64,000 nt of DNA from Callorhinchus milii (Eukaryota), in assembly GCF_018977255.1 (NCBI RefSeq), contig NW_024704743.1, positions 13,394,001 to 13,458,000 on the forward strand, read 5' to 3'. Below, piece after piece: positions 12,822 through 27,249 of this stretch (the stretch's first letter is position 1; each line of letters begins with the position of its first letter). The notes under the pieces are model-generated. The model did no database searches and was not told the origin of the DNA. It saw only the letters and a program-made list of their open reading frames with translations. The position numbers were made by a program, and so were the translations under genes.

Positions 12822-14010
12822 AACAATAACAAAATTACATTTATATAGTGCCTTTCACATTTGGAGGATGTCCCAAGGTGCTGGACAATCAGGGTTTTGG
12901 ACTCAAGCTGGGAGTCGGGATGGGGGACCGTGGAGGGCAGGGGGTTAAGGAGAGTGACTGAAGACTCGGTCGAAGAGAAGGGGTTTGAGTTGGGTCTTGA
13001 AGGAAGTAAGGGAGGGGGGCAGGCAGAGAGACTGCAAGATGGAGTTCCAGAAGGTGGGTGCAGAGTGGCAGAAGGCCCGCCCACCAATGATGGGGTGGGC
13101 GAGGCAGAGGACATGAAGCAGGCTGGAACCCACTCAGCGGAGGGAGCGGGCAGGATGGTAGGGGGTTAGGAGGTCGCAGAGATAGGGAAGAACAAGCCAT
13201 GGAGGGCTATCAAGGTGAGGACCAGGATCTTAAACTATATCCTCTGTGATGGGACGCCAGTGGAGTCGGGCGAGGATGGGGGTGATAAGGCCATGGAGCC
13301 TGGTGCGGGAGAGGAGATGGGCTGCAGAGTTCTGGATGATCTGCAGCCTATGAAGGTAAGAGTTGGAGAGGCTGATGAATGCGTGTATGAGGGTCTTGGC
13401 GGCCTGGGGTGTGAGACAGTGGCGGAGCTGGGCGATGTTGTGGTAGGCAGAGTGGGTCATGGCATGGATGTGGGGTAAAAAGGATAGTTGAGGGTAAAAC
13501 AAGATGCCAAGGTTCTGGTCTGGCTTAGCAAGGTGGAGTGAGCATCCTTGGATGGTGATACTGTCAGTACCTGAGGTATGGAGGCGCTGACGGGAGCCAA
13601 TCAGGAGAGCCTCGGTCTTGTTGATGCTCAACTGAGGAAAGTTAGTTCTGATCCAGGACTTGATGTCTGACAGACATTCTGTCAGGACAGCAGTGGTCCT
13701 GGAGTCAAGGGTGGAGACAGAGAGATAGAGTTGTGTGTCATCCGCATAATTGCGGAAATTGACCCCATGTCACAAAGAGGGAGCATATAGATATTGAAAA
13801 GGAGGGGACCAAGGACAGAGCCCTGAGGAAATCTGCACGAGACGGAGTGGGGGCTAGACGTGAAGCCATCTGTGGAGATGAAGTGGAGATGGTGTGAAAG
13901 TAGGATCTGAACCATTCAAGGACAGACCATGAAGATTAAGGTGAAAGGAGAGGCGTTGGAGGAGAATAGAGTGGTCAGTGGTATCAAAGGCAGCCTAGAG
14001 GTCAAACAGA
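12822..14010 (-). mobile_element. L2 LINE fragment (RT core to 3' end)
   Basis: PQGSVLGPLLFNIYMLPL, YADDTQLY (near 13725-13750), NKTEALLIG, LHWRP and the 3' tail. Frameshifted. Confidence 0.9.
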
Positions 14011-15480
14011 ATGACAAGTGTAGAATGACAAGCTAGCAATAGCAAGGTTCCTTGGTTCAAGTGAACTTCAAATGTACTGGAATTCTGCTTCTTCAGTTCC
14101 TGACCGCTGCTTTATAGTTGCTACAGTTCCAATGTGCTGGAGTTCACATCCCCTAAATTCTAAAGATAATGCATCCCCTGAATTAAATTTGCGCAGATTG
14201 ATTCACAGCATATAAAAACAGTTAATACCTTGTAAACATCACAAGTTATTATATCCTTTGTAAAGTTCTGCCTGATGAATGCAATGCATACTGTCAGCAG
14301 TTACTAGCAAAATGGACAAAAACGATTACATGGCATGGTATTATTTAATAAAACCCCAGCAGGGAGCAAGTTGAAGGCTGTAATCCTATCGCAGGGTTCA
14401 GGTGACTGCTATAAACTCTCCGAGCTTCACTGTCATGGTTTAAACTGTCATCTGAGCCCTCGACTGGATTACAGATTTGTAATTCACTCCCAGGTATTCA
14501 TTATCCTCTATGTAACACTCCCCAAGACAGCTGTTTCTTCCATTTCTCTTACACTTTGCGCTCTTGTTAAACGTTTTAAAAAATTGCAGAATAGTACTTA
14601 CATTGTTAATCGGCATTTAAGAGGGGCTATAAAATACACAGTTGAGGAAAAACGTATTTCTATGTTTGTAAGAATAGGTTCAGAGACTGTTTGTGAACGA
14701 ACGTGTAATATTTTCAGCAGTTGTTGCAGACTGCAGTGTTATAGCTAAGATTGCAATCGGGTGCCTGAGTGGGTGATGCTGTTATACAATGATCACTTAA
14801 ACTGTGAAAAACACCCAGCAGCTAACGCAGCACATGTTTTTCCAAACTTATGTTGGAAGGAGCCTCTTGAGCTGTCAACACGAGGGTGAAGTGTCCCAAT
14901 AATTGTGGGTGGAGAAATTGTGGAGGTGATGAGCTATAGAGTATCACACTGTGCACTGGCACAGCACTAAAGAATATTGCTTTGTGTGACAGCATAGTAA
15001 CACCATAATCCATACATATCTAGTTGAAACAGTGTTGAATCAGCAATGAACAGATAAGCGCTTGCAGTGGTGAGAACAGAGTGGATCGTCAGACTGCTTA
15101 GAGGGATGGACAATACAACACAACACAGATCTACATTTATATAGCGCCTTTCACGCTGGGAATGTCCTAAGTTCCTTAAACAGGACCTTAGCTTTTGGAT
15201 GATAACAACACACTCTTTAGCCACATGGGTGCTCTTTCTTCCACCTCCTCCTTCAGTTTGATTCTGGATCCAGAAAACTTCGAATCTCGGCTGTGCCACT
15301 GACAAATGCCAAGTGGCTCTTCCATAGAAAGAGGGGAGAAGAAACAAAAGAGCAGGAGAGGGCCCCCATGTATTCCCAGCTCAAGAGCCACATGCACAAG
15401 CTACGCACCCTCTTGTCTGGAGGACTGTGCATAGCATGAGCACTAAAGTAATGTTTTACAAGTGCGATAGGAGAAGATAT

Positions 15481-15802
15481 ATAATAATAATAATAATAAT
15501 CCTTGCATTTGATATAGCGCTTTTCACGTCAGAAGGACGTCCCAAAGCGCTTCACAGAACACACTGTAAAGTGAATTGACTATATTTGTGGGCGAACGCG
15601 GCAGCCAATTGCGCACAGCAGTGTCCCACAAACAGTCGTAGATTGAAAATGACCAATTTTATTATTATTTTTGGTTTTGGAGGGATTATTATTAGGCGTT
15701 TGGAGTAAGGAAACTTGCCCAAGGTTTCGCCCTCTGCCTGGAATTGAACTCAGGTCTCTCGCTTGCAAAGCGAGTGCTCTAACCACTGAGCTACAGTACT
15801 CC
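15481..15802 (-). mobile_element. tRNA-Deu SINE, short variant, full length
   Basis: Complete head, body and (ATT)n tail on the minus strand. Confidence 0.88.
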
Positions 15803-17252
15803 ACGGTCTGGAATTCCTTTCTCTCTAAAATTCCTTCAGAATGTATGCGCCACTTTGGAAATATTTTGTTATTGAGCATCTTTTGATGACTTTCCCATCA
15901 GATGGATGTTTGTAGAGAAGGGAGGGATTTTCTGTACTGAAAACCATTCCAGCGAATACAGGAATGGGACCTTGTAGGAGACTAACTTCCTTATTGCCAA
16001 GTTGGGAGGAGTTCTCTCCGAAAGCAAATGGTGTCTGTGTACCTACTACTCCTGAAGTTGTGCCTTGATATATGTGTGTCCCTTTCACAGGTGACAGTCT
16101 TTCACCAATTGTAAATGAATTGCATTTGCAGACAGACAAAGGTCTATGTAAGTGAAACCCACCTATTTTCCCTTTCACAAATATTCTAACCGCTAGACAG
16201 TACCAATGGCTGGTCATCAACAACAATAATATAGCTTATTTTACGCAGGAAGACGTGAACTACCATAGCATTACTCCACCACCGCCTGCTTCATTTGCAG
16301 TTCCCTTGATTGGTGACTAACAAACCTAATGTAGGACCAGCATAGAAGTCCAACACTGACATTGAGTATTCATAAAGAATTTAGATCTGAATCTTTTCGC
16401 CATCTCAAACTTAATGTCGCTGGGGATTTGTACCAAGTGAAGACTTACAGTAATAGTGTGCACTCTGTTGGACTTGACTTTCAAAAAGTTTAAAGCAGTG
16501 TGTTTCACTTGTCTTTGTGGCTGTTCTTCCTGCTCTGGGATCTTGCCACTTCACACCTCACAGTGCTAGAGCTGCTACTTTCTGTCGGTAGCAGAATGAG
16601 ATATAGTTTTTCTCCCCACTCCCATTATGATTAAATTAGCTGTCATAGCTGAGCTCTTGCTATGTGTTAATACCTATTTGCTTGGAGGACTGAATATTAG
16701 ACTGTATGAAGAGCATATTATTTTTAGAATGCAGGCTGAGAAGTTGTCAGACCACCAAGGCCAGAATATTGCTTTCCAGTCACCTACATTTCAAAATGCT
16801 AGGCTATTCATTGTTGGGACACTTCGTAGCCTTGAATAATCACACTGTACAATGCCACATTTTCTCCCTCTTATACCAAGGACTGATCTGAGGAGATCCC
16901 ACCTCCCTACCGCATTTACAGCACTGCTACTGCACTATTACTAGATTGGATTATTACTTTAATTACATGGAAGTTTTTTATACTGACAGAAATTAACAGC
17001 ACTTTTGTACCTTACTGAGTGGTAATAGAGATACCATAGAAATTTACAGAGCAAAAGAGGCCATTTAGCTTATCTTTGAAATAACAATCCATTCAATTCT
17101 ATTTATCTGTCTATTCAAATTCATCTTCCGTTTTATTAAAAAGCACAATACTTATTTTTAGCTAGCTATCTAATTCCGTCTTGAAAGCTAATATCGATTC
17201 TGTCTCAACCGTCACACTAGGCAGAGCATCCTAACTCTGTTTGTAAAATATT

Positions 17253-17530
17253 AATAATAATCCTTGCGTTTAATATAGCACCATTCATGTTGGGAGGATG
17301 GCTTTAATCTCTTTCACAGGATTTACTGTAAAGTGCAGGGGCTGTATATTTTGTAGGTACAAAAAAAAGTCATGAATTAAGTGACCAATATTCTGGAGGA
17401 TTGTTGGCCAGAACACCAGAAGAATTAACTTCTCTATTTTTCAGCAGTGCTTTAATGTCCACCTGAATAGGCAAATTGGACCTTAATTTAACACCTCAAC
17501 TGAAGGATGGCACCTCCAATGATGCACTTG
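17253..17530 (-). mobile_element. Older Deu-domain SINE (SacSINE1/AmnSINE1-like) remnant
   Basis: TTGGCCAGAACACC...AATGTCCACCTGAATAGGC...TTTAACACCTCAACTGAAGGATGGCACCTCC recurs at 33470-33745, 51334-51588 and 55149-55530. Family name is from recalled consensus. Confidence 0.6.
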
Positions 17531-17618
17531 TAAAGAACGAATTAAAAGAAAATGTTAACTGAAAAACACCATAGCATTGACTTTGTTTATTAGGAATGTG
17601 CCTTCTTATAAGGAGAAT

Positions 17619-17745
17619 TAATAATAATAATCCTTACATTTGATATAGTGCATTATCACGTCTTCAAAGTGTCTCAAAGCACTTCACAGAATATACTGTA
17701 AAGTGAATTGACTGTATTTTGTGGGCGAAAAGCAGCATTCAATTG
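17619..17745 (-). mobile_element. SINE 3' fragment
   Basis: (AAT)n CCTTACATTTGATATAG...CACTTCACAGAATATACTGTAAAGTGAATTGAC. Confidence 0.75.
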
Positions 17746-20700
17746 GAAAAAACACTTGGAATAGAAGATTTTAGTTTGCATCTATATCATAGACATCTGG
17801 CAGTTTGAACACTGCCCTAGAGTATTGAGACAATGAGCTTTAAACACAAAGTGTGTATGTGCTGTTGATCTGACTGACTCCCAACTCCCTGCTTCTCTCC
17901 CAGGGATAGGTAACTGATCGTTACCTTATTTTCTGAAACCTGGTTGCTACCATTATTGCGTTTTGCGATAGTGGGTTGTTGCTTTTTGTATAATAATTGA
18001 CTGTTGAACTGTAATTGTTTCACATCCAAAGTGTGTGCATTATTTCATCATTAATTAAATAATAAATACAAAGTTTCCTTACACACAGCACCTTCAGCAC
18101 TGTATGAGAGCATCAACCTTGTCTATGTGACTCTAAAGGCCTTCTGGCTCAGAGGCAAGAGTGCTTCCAATTCAGCCAGGCTGGTAACCGAGCCATGCTG
18201 ATTTTTCCTAATCTCTTCCCTTTGCTACCTTAATAATTTCTTAATTTGATGCCTTCTCTTCACTGACTCATCACCCAATGGAAATAATTTCTCATTATCA
18301 AATCGATTAAAAATCCCCTACAATTGTTAAAAAAAACCTATATCTGGTTTCCCCTCAAACTCTTCTGTTCAAAATGAAAATAGTGCCCGTTTTTCTAGTC
18401 TGCTCATTCGTCTACAAATAAATAGTCACCACACTTCACATTGAACTCCTGTGAGCATTTTGAGACGTGTCGACGATGTGATAAAGAGCTATGTCAAATA
18501 CAAGAGAACCATTAAAGACACGATGGGGTGGGGGTGGAATCATGCCACTTTCTCTTGTTATTTTCATTGATGTCATCACCTGCATCACATGGAACATTTT
18601 TCACACTGACTAAAATCCATGTCACTTTGATACCTGTGTCTAATTGCTAATGTAAATTAGTCTGACTTATCATTGATAGGTTATCAATTTACCTCATAGC
18701 TGATCCTTTAAATGAAACCATGTAGTTCACAAACTCAAAACAATGGAGTGAATCTCATTTAATCACATCATTCTGTCACAGGTGGTGATCTGCCCAGAGT
18801 GACACATTGCTCTTTTTCCTCTCCTCCCCCCTCCCCTGGGCCTTTTTGCCACTTTTATATCACATCCCCGACAGCAGTCGTGCCTCTACCAATAGCGCTG
18901 CAATATAACCAGGGTTGCACTATTAGCTGGAGAAGTGTTTACCGCTGTCTCTTGAGACACATCTTCATTCCACTCACCCCCAAGAGCAGAGCTCCCAGGA
19001 CGGCAGGGTAAGCACTCCTGTCTGATTTCTCCAGAGGGTTATGCTGAGTCAACATCCTGTCCCCATACACGCAGGTGATGTAGTAATGGCTGGCCAGTAT
19101 GGATCTTCTCTGATATCTGATAGAAAACACAAATCCTTGGAAACCATTCATGTACACCAGTTTTGGTCGCTGCTGATTCATAAAATCCAAAGCTCCAGAG
19201 TTTTATAGTTTTGAAAAGTCATCTTGCTTTGAACAAGAATTGTTCATATAGAACCAATACAAAGTACAATAGTAGGGAACCAGCCCTGCAGCATAAATGC
19301 AACAAATCCTAAAAAGTGTCTTCACTTGGAACTTTTTAGATTTCCCTGTCTTCTTTACAGCACAGAACCTCCACAATAATATTACATTTCAGATTATCTT
19401 CATCTCAGTGATTCAGTACATTAGCTGAACATCGTTTTGTGGCTTATTACAACCAGCCTTGGTGCAGTAGTTCTCATTTGGATCAGTACAAAACTTTTCA
19501 CTTCACCTGGCCCATGTAGAGGAGGACGGAATCAATCTGCAGGTAATTTAGCTACCTAAGATAACTTCTGCTTGAGAAGACATCAACAGAAGCATATTTC
19601 CCTGTTGACATCACTGTGAGCCAATATCTATCTGCTCGCCACTAATTCCCAGCCTGAGTGATAGAGATTGCCCTGAATTAATTTCTTGCAATAACATCCA
19701 ATTAGTTTGCTCTACCCAGTGGGACGCTTCTGTCCACAACAATGTCGGCCTTCTTCAGTGGGGTCCTTCCTAAAAAAAACACTTGCATAAACAGTCCCAC
19801 TTGAACACGGATCTAAAATAATGAAAAGGACCCAAGTAATTGGAAGCTAGAATGATAATGGGACAATTTTGAAGAGTTTCACATGGGAATTTCTTTTAGA
19901 TTGGAGAAACACTTTCTCTATAACAAGAATAGTTAATACAGTGCCAGTGGGAAGTATTGGAGAATAAAGAGCACAAATTAGGACACATTATCGGCCAACA
20001 GTGTTAGCAAGGCAAACGCACATGTTAAAGCTGAAATTGAAGTTGCCATTCTGTACTTATTTATTCCATAGTGATGCTGTTTGACTGTTTCAGACGTTCA
20101 TTATTTTCCAGCCGTCTCTCACAGGCTCGCAAATCTAAGGGAGTGAGTATTGTGTCTGACTCCTTTTAAAGCACAAGTGCAAATCAGTCTCCTAGTTGTC
20201 ACGAGTGAAACAAAGCCTGATTATTCCAGAACTCCTCTTCATAAAGAAATCTGCTTGGAGCTGCATCCCCCTGTGTATTCTCGCCTTGTTTGTAACAATA
20301 AGGCTCACAAATTCGTACCCAAAGTGTGCCGAGAGCATCTTCTGTTCATCGAAATGTGTAATTCTAGCTGTTTGAAAAGCGCACAGACTTTTACTTGTGC
20401 AACTGTTGTGTTATCTGCTCATCTCTCCCCCGTGTCTGCCTGCTTTGCGTGCATTAGCAATTGTGTGCTGCTTTCTCCCACATTAAACTCAAATACAAAC
20501 AGATTTTTTTCCCCTCTCCTTGGCCATTTTCTACCCTCCTCCTCTGTTCTTTAAGGAATTGCCTTACCATCAATCCTCATCCTTACTTTCACATATCTAC
20601 GTGGCCTTACCCGACCATACCTCTGCGATTTCTTGTGATCCTATTCGCTGACCAGCTTCGTGCCTCACGTGCTGTGCTCACCATCAGCAACTCAGCCTTT

Positions 20701-22623
20701 GAAACTCTCGAGATCCTTACTTTCTCACTTTTTTCTCTCTCTCTCTGCTTTCAAAATCCATCTAAAGACCTATCTTTTTGACTGTGCCTTCAGCCATGCC
20801 CTCCCTGCATCTCCTGTTTGCCTCTTTGCTCAGGCTCCCACTTTGAGTTCTCTTTGTGTGAATATTACTGTACAGGTAAAAATTGTTGTTGCTCATTTTT
20901 TCGTCAACTGGAGTACAGTTCGATCGACGCTGAGCATCCTTCAGTACTTAGCTCATGTAGTTCTTCATGTACAAGCCTTGATTTGACATGGAGCCTCACA
21001 GCCGAGCCTGACCCTGCACTCACTATCATCCACACATGCACCTCCAGCAAGGTCACTGGGTAGAGATCGGGAGCAGGAATATTGCTGCTACTACAAAAGT
21101 TGACTACAATTTAAAGTTCCATCTTGCTCTACAGAACCAACATTGTGATTTGTAGGCAATAATGGTTACCTAAATTAAAACAATCACTGGACAGTTATTT
21201 GTGAAGCATTTCAAGATGATCAGTCACCACAAAAATGCAACTTCTTCCTTTATTCAAGGAATGTACTACCTGCATTATAAAGTGGGATTTAGTATTTGGC
21301 TGAACCACAAGACTAAAGAATTGCCTTTGTCACTTGATGTTAAAAATGTTGTGTTTTGCTTTGCATTGCGCACACATAAGAAGCTTGTTAATACTTCCAC
21401 AAATTACGGTATCCCAAGCTATTTCAGAGTAAATGTCACAACGATTAAAAAGCAAAAACAATCTCTCTACTTTGTAAACACTTCACTTTTGTGTAAATGT
21501 TATTCGCATTGCTGCTCGGTACCAATAAGACTTAAGATAACACGACAGCAATGTTTTCTAGGATACGAATCTGAGACCTAGGAAACTAATTCCGACCTCA
21601 CCTTTTACTACGTTGGGAACAATATGATTTGGCATGTGCAGATTTTCTTTGTGTGGACATTAGTTGTGGTGTGGCTTCCAGCTTATCCCTTTTCCCCCTC
21701 CCAAAATTTATTCAGGCAGCGATTCCTCCTTTTGCATTTTATTTCCCTCCATTAATAGGCAAAAGTTCTATATTGTTTTGCTTTTTGAGCTTTCTGTGTG
21801 TATTCGCCAAAACAAGATGTCCTTGAGGATAACGCAAGCGCTCCATGTTGTGAGAGCACTTAATGAGTGGCTCAGTGGTGTGGAATTTGTGTTCAATGCT
21901 GAGCGCTGAAGAGTGGTTGTTGTGGATAAGCGTTCTGGGACGCTACCCTGTGTGAGGGGCCCTAATATAAAATTGTAAGTTGCTGTTGTTGTGGATTTGA
22001 ACTGGTGCAAGATGAGACAGATGAGCAATTTCTCCAACGTGCAATGCCTGATACCAGATACTCTACTGGGAAGTTAGTTGTGGCTACTTCCTGGTTAGGG
22101 TGTGTGCAATAGCCCGGGCCAATAAAAAAGTGCAGAAATATTTGCTGAAATTGTGGGGACATTTTTGACAAATTTTGCAGGAAATGGCGGGGAGTTGATT
22201 GATGCTGTTAAAGTTAATTTTACTGCCAACCTACAATTTTTTACTTTATTGATAAAAACTAAACATGAAGAAATAACACATATTAATGTTAAAAAAATAT
22301 TAATGGGGGTTGGCACACACCAAGAGGCTACAGGAACTGTCAGGGTCTGGCAACGTGCACAGACCCATAGAGAGAGAGAGAGAGCCACACACACACTCAG
22401 AGACACACACACTCATAGACACAAAGAGAGAGACAGACACAGAAAGAGAAACACAATCACAGACACACTCACAAACACTATAGAGAGAGACAGAGAGGGA
22501 GATACAGACATACTCATACAGACACTCACACAGACACTTACAAACACATAGAGAGACACAGAGAGGGAGACACAGACACTCACAAACAGAGAGAGAAACA
22601 CACAGACAGAAAATCACAAACGC

Positions 22624-22940
22624 ATAATAATAATAATCCTTGCATTTGATATAGTGCTTTTTCACGTCTTCTCGATGTCTCAAAGCGCTTCACAGAATAT
22701 ACTGTAAAGTGAATTGACCGTATATTTGTGGGCGAAACGCAGAAGCCAATTGTGCACAGCAGTGTCCCACAAACAGTCGTGGATTGAAAATGACCAATTT
22801 ATTATTGTTTTGTTTTGGAGGGATTATTATCAAGCGTTTGGAGTAAGGAAACTTTCCCAAGGTTTCGCCCCGCCTGGAATTGAACCCAGGTGTCTCGCTT
22901 GCACTGCAAGTGCTCTAATCACTGTGAGCTACAGGACTCC
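22624..22940 (-). mobile_element. tRNA-Deu SINE, short variant, inserted in CA/GA-rich repeat
   Basis: Full-length reverse-complement copy, flanked on both sides by CA/GA low-complexity DNA. Confidence 0.88.
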
Positions 22941-22949
22941 ACAGATATA

Positions 22950-24783
22950 AAGAGACATATACATAGACAATCACTCACACACAAAGACACATAAGACAAT
23001 CACACACTCTCACACACCGACACACATAGACAATCACACTCTCTCACACACAGACACACATAGACAATCACACACTCACACACAGACACACACAGACAAT
23101 CACACTCTCTCACACACAGACACACACAGACAATCACACACTCACACACAGACACACACAGACAATCACTCTCTCACACACAGACACACACAGACAATCA
23201 CACTCTCTCACACACAGACACACATAGACAATCACACACTCACACACAGACACACATAGACCATCACTCTCTCACACACTCACACACAGACAATCACACT
23301 CTCTCACACACAGACACACACAGACAATCACACTCTCACACACAGACACACATAGACAATCACACTCTCTCACACACAGACACACACAGACAATCACACT
23401 CTCACACACAGACACACATAGACAATCACACTCTCACACACAGACACACATAGACAATCACACTCTCACACACAGACACACACAGACAATCACACTCTCA
23501 CACACACTCACACACAGACAATCACACTCTCTCACACACAGACACACACAGACAATCACACTCTCACACACAGACACACATAGACAATCACACTCTCTCA
23601 CACACAGACACACACAGACAATCACACACTCACACACAGACACACACAGACAATCACTCTCTCACACACAGACACACACAGACAATCACACTCTCTCACA
23701 CACAGACACACATAGACAATCACACACTCACACACAGACACACATAGACCATCACTCTCTCACACACTCACACACAGACAATCACACTCTCTCACACACA
23801 GACACACACAGACAATCACACTCTCACACACAGACACACATAGACAATCACACTCTCTCACACACAGACACACATAGACAATCACACACTCACACACAGA
23901 CACACACAGACAATCACACTCTCACACACAGACACACACAGACAATCACACTCTCTCACACACAGACACACACAGACAATCACACACTCACACACAGACA
24001 CACACAGACAATCACTCTCTCACACACAGACACACACAGACAATCACACTCTCTCACACACTCACACACAGACAATCACACTCTCTCACACACAGACACA
24101 CACAGACAATCACACTCTCACACACAGACACACATAGACAATCACACTCTCTCACACACAGACACACATAGACAATCACACACTCACACACAGACACACA
24201 TAGACCATCACTCTCTCACACACTCACACACAGACAATCACACTCTCTCACACACAGACACACACAGACAATCACACTCTCACACACAGACACACATAGA
24301 CAATCACACACTCACACACAGACACACATAGACATCACACTCTCTCACACACAGACACACACAGACAATCACTCTCTCACACACAGACACACACAGACAA
24401 TCACTCTCTCACACACAGACACACACAGACAATCACACACTCACACACAGACACACATAGACCATCACTCTCTCACACACTCACACACAGACAATCACAC
24501 TCTCTCACACACAGACACACACAGACAATCACACTCTCTCACACACTCACACACAGACAATCACACTCTCACACACAGACACACATAGACAATCACACTC
24601 TCACACAAACACACATAGACCATCACTCTCTCACACACTCACACACAGACAATCACACTCTCACACACACAGACAATCACACTCTCACACACAGACACAC
24701 ACAGACAATCACACTCTCACACAAACACACACAGACAATCACACTCTCACACACTCAAACACAGAGACACATAGACAATCACA
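22950..24783. repeat. Minisatellite, unit ~32-34 bp (CACACACAGACACACA[C/T]AGACAATCACACTCT[CT])
   Basis: Directly visible tandem array of ~1.8 kb. Degenerate CA/GA repeats also occur at 22360-22620. Confidence 0.95.
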
Positions 24784-26378
24784 ACAGCGAGGCCTCCAAG
24801 TGAAGCCCATTTGCCGCTTGTGCCACACCACACATGCATGTCCGGAGCAGCCGCCCAGGCCTGAAACTACATTTATTGCAGGTTTGTAGCGGAGGAGGAT
24901 TCCGCTAGGGGTGGGGAAGTACTGCCACACTTTTCTATTGGCCCAGGCTATGGCTCATAATGTTCTGTGCTTAATTTATATACCAGAGCTAGCACCTCAT
25001 GCTAATTCACTCTGCAGATATCTTTTCTTAGATGTAGCCATTTAGATTCCTTAAACTGAATTTAAAATAAGAACTGTTGAAAGCAGTCAGTTGAACGAAT
25101 TGTGTAAGGCAAAATAATTAAGTCTCAAACTGCCGCCTTAAGTTACAAGATCAATATTGCAATTCGGTTGTGCCTTTTTTTCAAAAAGAAGCTAAAATAT
25201 TTCTCAATTCTCAAGGGCTCTGATGTAATTTGGCAGTTTGTTAAAAAATAAAATGGGTTCTTAAGCTCTTATGCTTCTCATCATGGTTCAGGTGTAACAG
25301 TTTAAATTTCTTGGCCCAATTCACCTTGGACTGACTGAAGCAGGGGAATGTTTTATTTTAATAATCAGTACGTGGCCACAGTCAGCAGCAACACTTGGAT
25401 TCTTGTATAATTATTCTGTCAGTTTTCAATCTCGAAAGATCACCGTGAAATTGTTTCTGTTTGCCTGACTTAAAGCTCTTTCGGCTTGCGTCAAAAACAG
25501 CTTGCACTTTTAAGCGTCTTTCACGTGGAAGAATGTCTCCCAAGTGCTTCACAAAATTGATGGAGATGACTGAGCGGGGATGAGTGGGGGTGTTCACCAA
25601 AGGCACTGTTAAAGAGAACATTTTGAAGGCAGAGAAAGAGGGTGCAAGTCAAAAAGAGTTGTCTTGAGAGAGTTATGTAGTGGCTGAAGGCCCAGGTTGT
25701 GCAAACATCTCAAAGCACTTCACAGGAATTTACTATGAAGTGTTATGAGTGTATTTTGTATGCGAATGCAACAGACAAATTGCAGATAGTAATGTTCCAC
25801 AAACAGTAATGAAGTGAATGACCAATCTATTTGAGTAATTATTCACCAAGACACCGGGAACACTCCCTTTTCTTTTCTTCCACATTTTCTTTATCGTCTG
25901 TACTGTTCTTTCCACTATCCCATTCTTTCGTGGATATCCTGGTGACAATGTTCTGTGGTCTATTTCCCACTGTTTTGTGAATTTTTTTATATTCAGCACT
26001 CGCAAATTGTGGCCCATTATCACTTTTATCTCTGCTCTGTTTAAATTTCTCCTTTGTACTATGCCATTAGTTTACCTTGCCCCATTTTTTCCTTATTTGG
26101 TTCTCTCAATTTTATATATACTTCTCATGCCATGTGTTCCTGTATCTAATTTGTACTGAATGACTTTCCTTTTTACGCCACTCATTTTTTTTCCTTTTTC
26201 TTTTGTGTCCATTCTCTTTATGAGTTTCACTGTTTCAATGTTGTTGTTCACTCTTGTTCACTTTCTCTGGATTCTATATCCGAGCTGTCTCTCCTTGCAC
26301 ATACCTTGGTACGGCATTCAATTCTGCTTCTGTCTGCATTTTACTTTACAATCCCTATTCAATCTCGTAGTCTGCTTC

Positions 26379-26701
26379 ATAATAATAATATAATAATAAT
26401 CCTTGCATTTGATATAGCGCTTTTCACGTCTTCTAGATGTCTGAAAGCGCTTCACAGAATATGCTGTAAAGTGAATTGACTATAATTGTGGGCGAAACGC
26501 GGCAGCCAAGTGCACACAGCAGTGTCCTACAAACAATCGTGGATTGAAAATGACCAATTTATTACTGTTTCTGTTTTTTGGAGGGATTATTATTAGGTGT
26601 ATGGAGTAAGGAAACTTGCCCAAGGTTTCGCCCTGCCTGGAATTGAATCCAGGTGTCTCGCTTGCAAAGCGAGTGCTCTAACCACTGAGCTACAGGACTT
26701 C
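26379..26701 (-). mobile_element. tRNA-Deu SINE, short variant, full length
   Basis: Very close match to the reverse complement of 398-712. Confidence 0.88.
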
Positions 26702-26881
26702 ACTTTTCACTTCTGACACCATGTCCATCCACAACACTGTTTAAATTCAATAGTTCCTTTATTTCAATCGTTCTCTTCAACTCTGCCCAGTCACTTTACC
26801 AGAATCCTTTTATGCGTCTTGCTTGCTTCTCATTGGTCAATGTCCAATTGCCAATTTAGCCTTAAAACAATATGCAACAGT

Positions 26882-27220
26882 GAAGTCCTGTAGAGTAGTG
26901 GTTAAGGCACTCGCCTTGTAAGTAAGAGGACCTAAATTCGATTCCCAGACAAGACAAATTCTTAGGCAAGTTTCCTTACTCTACACGCCTCTAATTAGCT
27001 AGCAATAAGTAAGAACCTAGTTGTTAGTCAATTGGCAGATCACTTTCCAGGGGATATACTCCCTTCAGAAAAAAATAATCATTTGGTCACTCAATCTACG
27101 ACTGTTTGTGAAACACTGCCGTGCGCAATTGGCTACCACTTTTCGCCCACAAAATATACAGTTAATTCACTTTACAGCATATTCTGTGAAGCACTTTGAG
27201 ACTTCTCGATGAAGTGATGT
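26882..27220 (+). mobile_element. tRNA-Deu SINE, long variant, 3' truncated
   Basis: Head GAAGTCCTGTAG..., extra TAGCAATAAGTAAGAACC...GCAGATCAC segment, Deu body. Confidence 0.8.
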
Positions 27221-27249
27221 TCAGAAAAGACGTTCTTTTCTGAAAAAAA

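Larger units (their letters stand above)
22109..24951. mobile_element. Unclassified TIR-bounded non-autonomous element enclosing a minisatellite
   Basis: ATAGCCCGGGCCAATAAAAAAGTG (22109-22132) and CACTTTTCTATTGGCCCAGGCTAT (24928-24951) are reverse complements at 22/24 positions. Confidence 0.6.

Noticed and set aside
14335..14820. Possible intronic enhancer (repeat-free stretch; also 20100-20460)
   Set aside because: Only short generic motifs are present. It cannot be supported without conservation or chromatin data.
22950..24783. CRISPR-like array or a Cys/Val-rich coding repeat
   Set aside because: Units are contiguous with no unique spacers and there are no cas genes. The ORFs are translations of (CA/GA)n.
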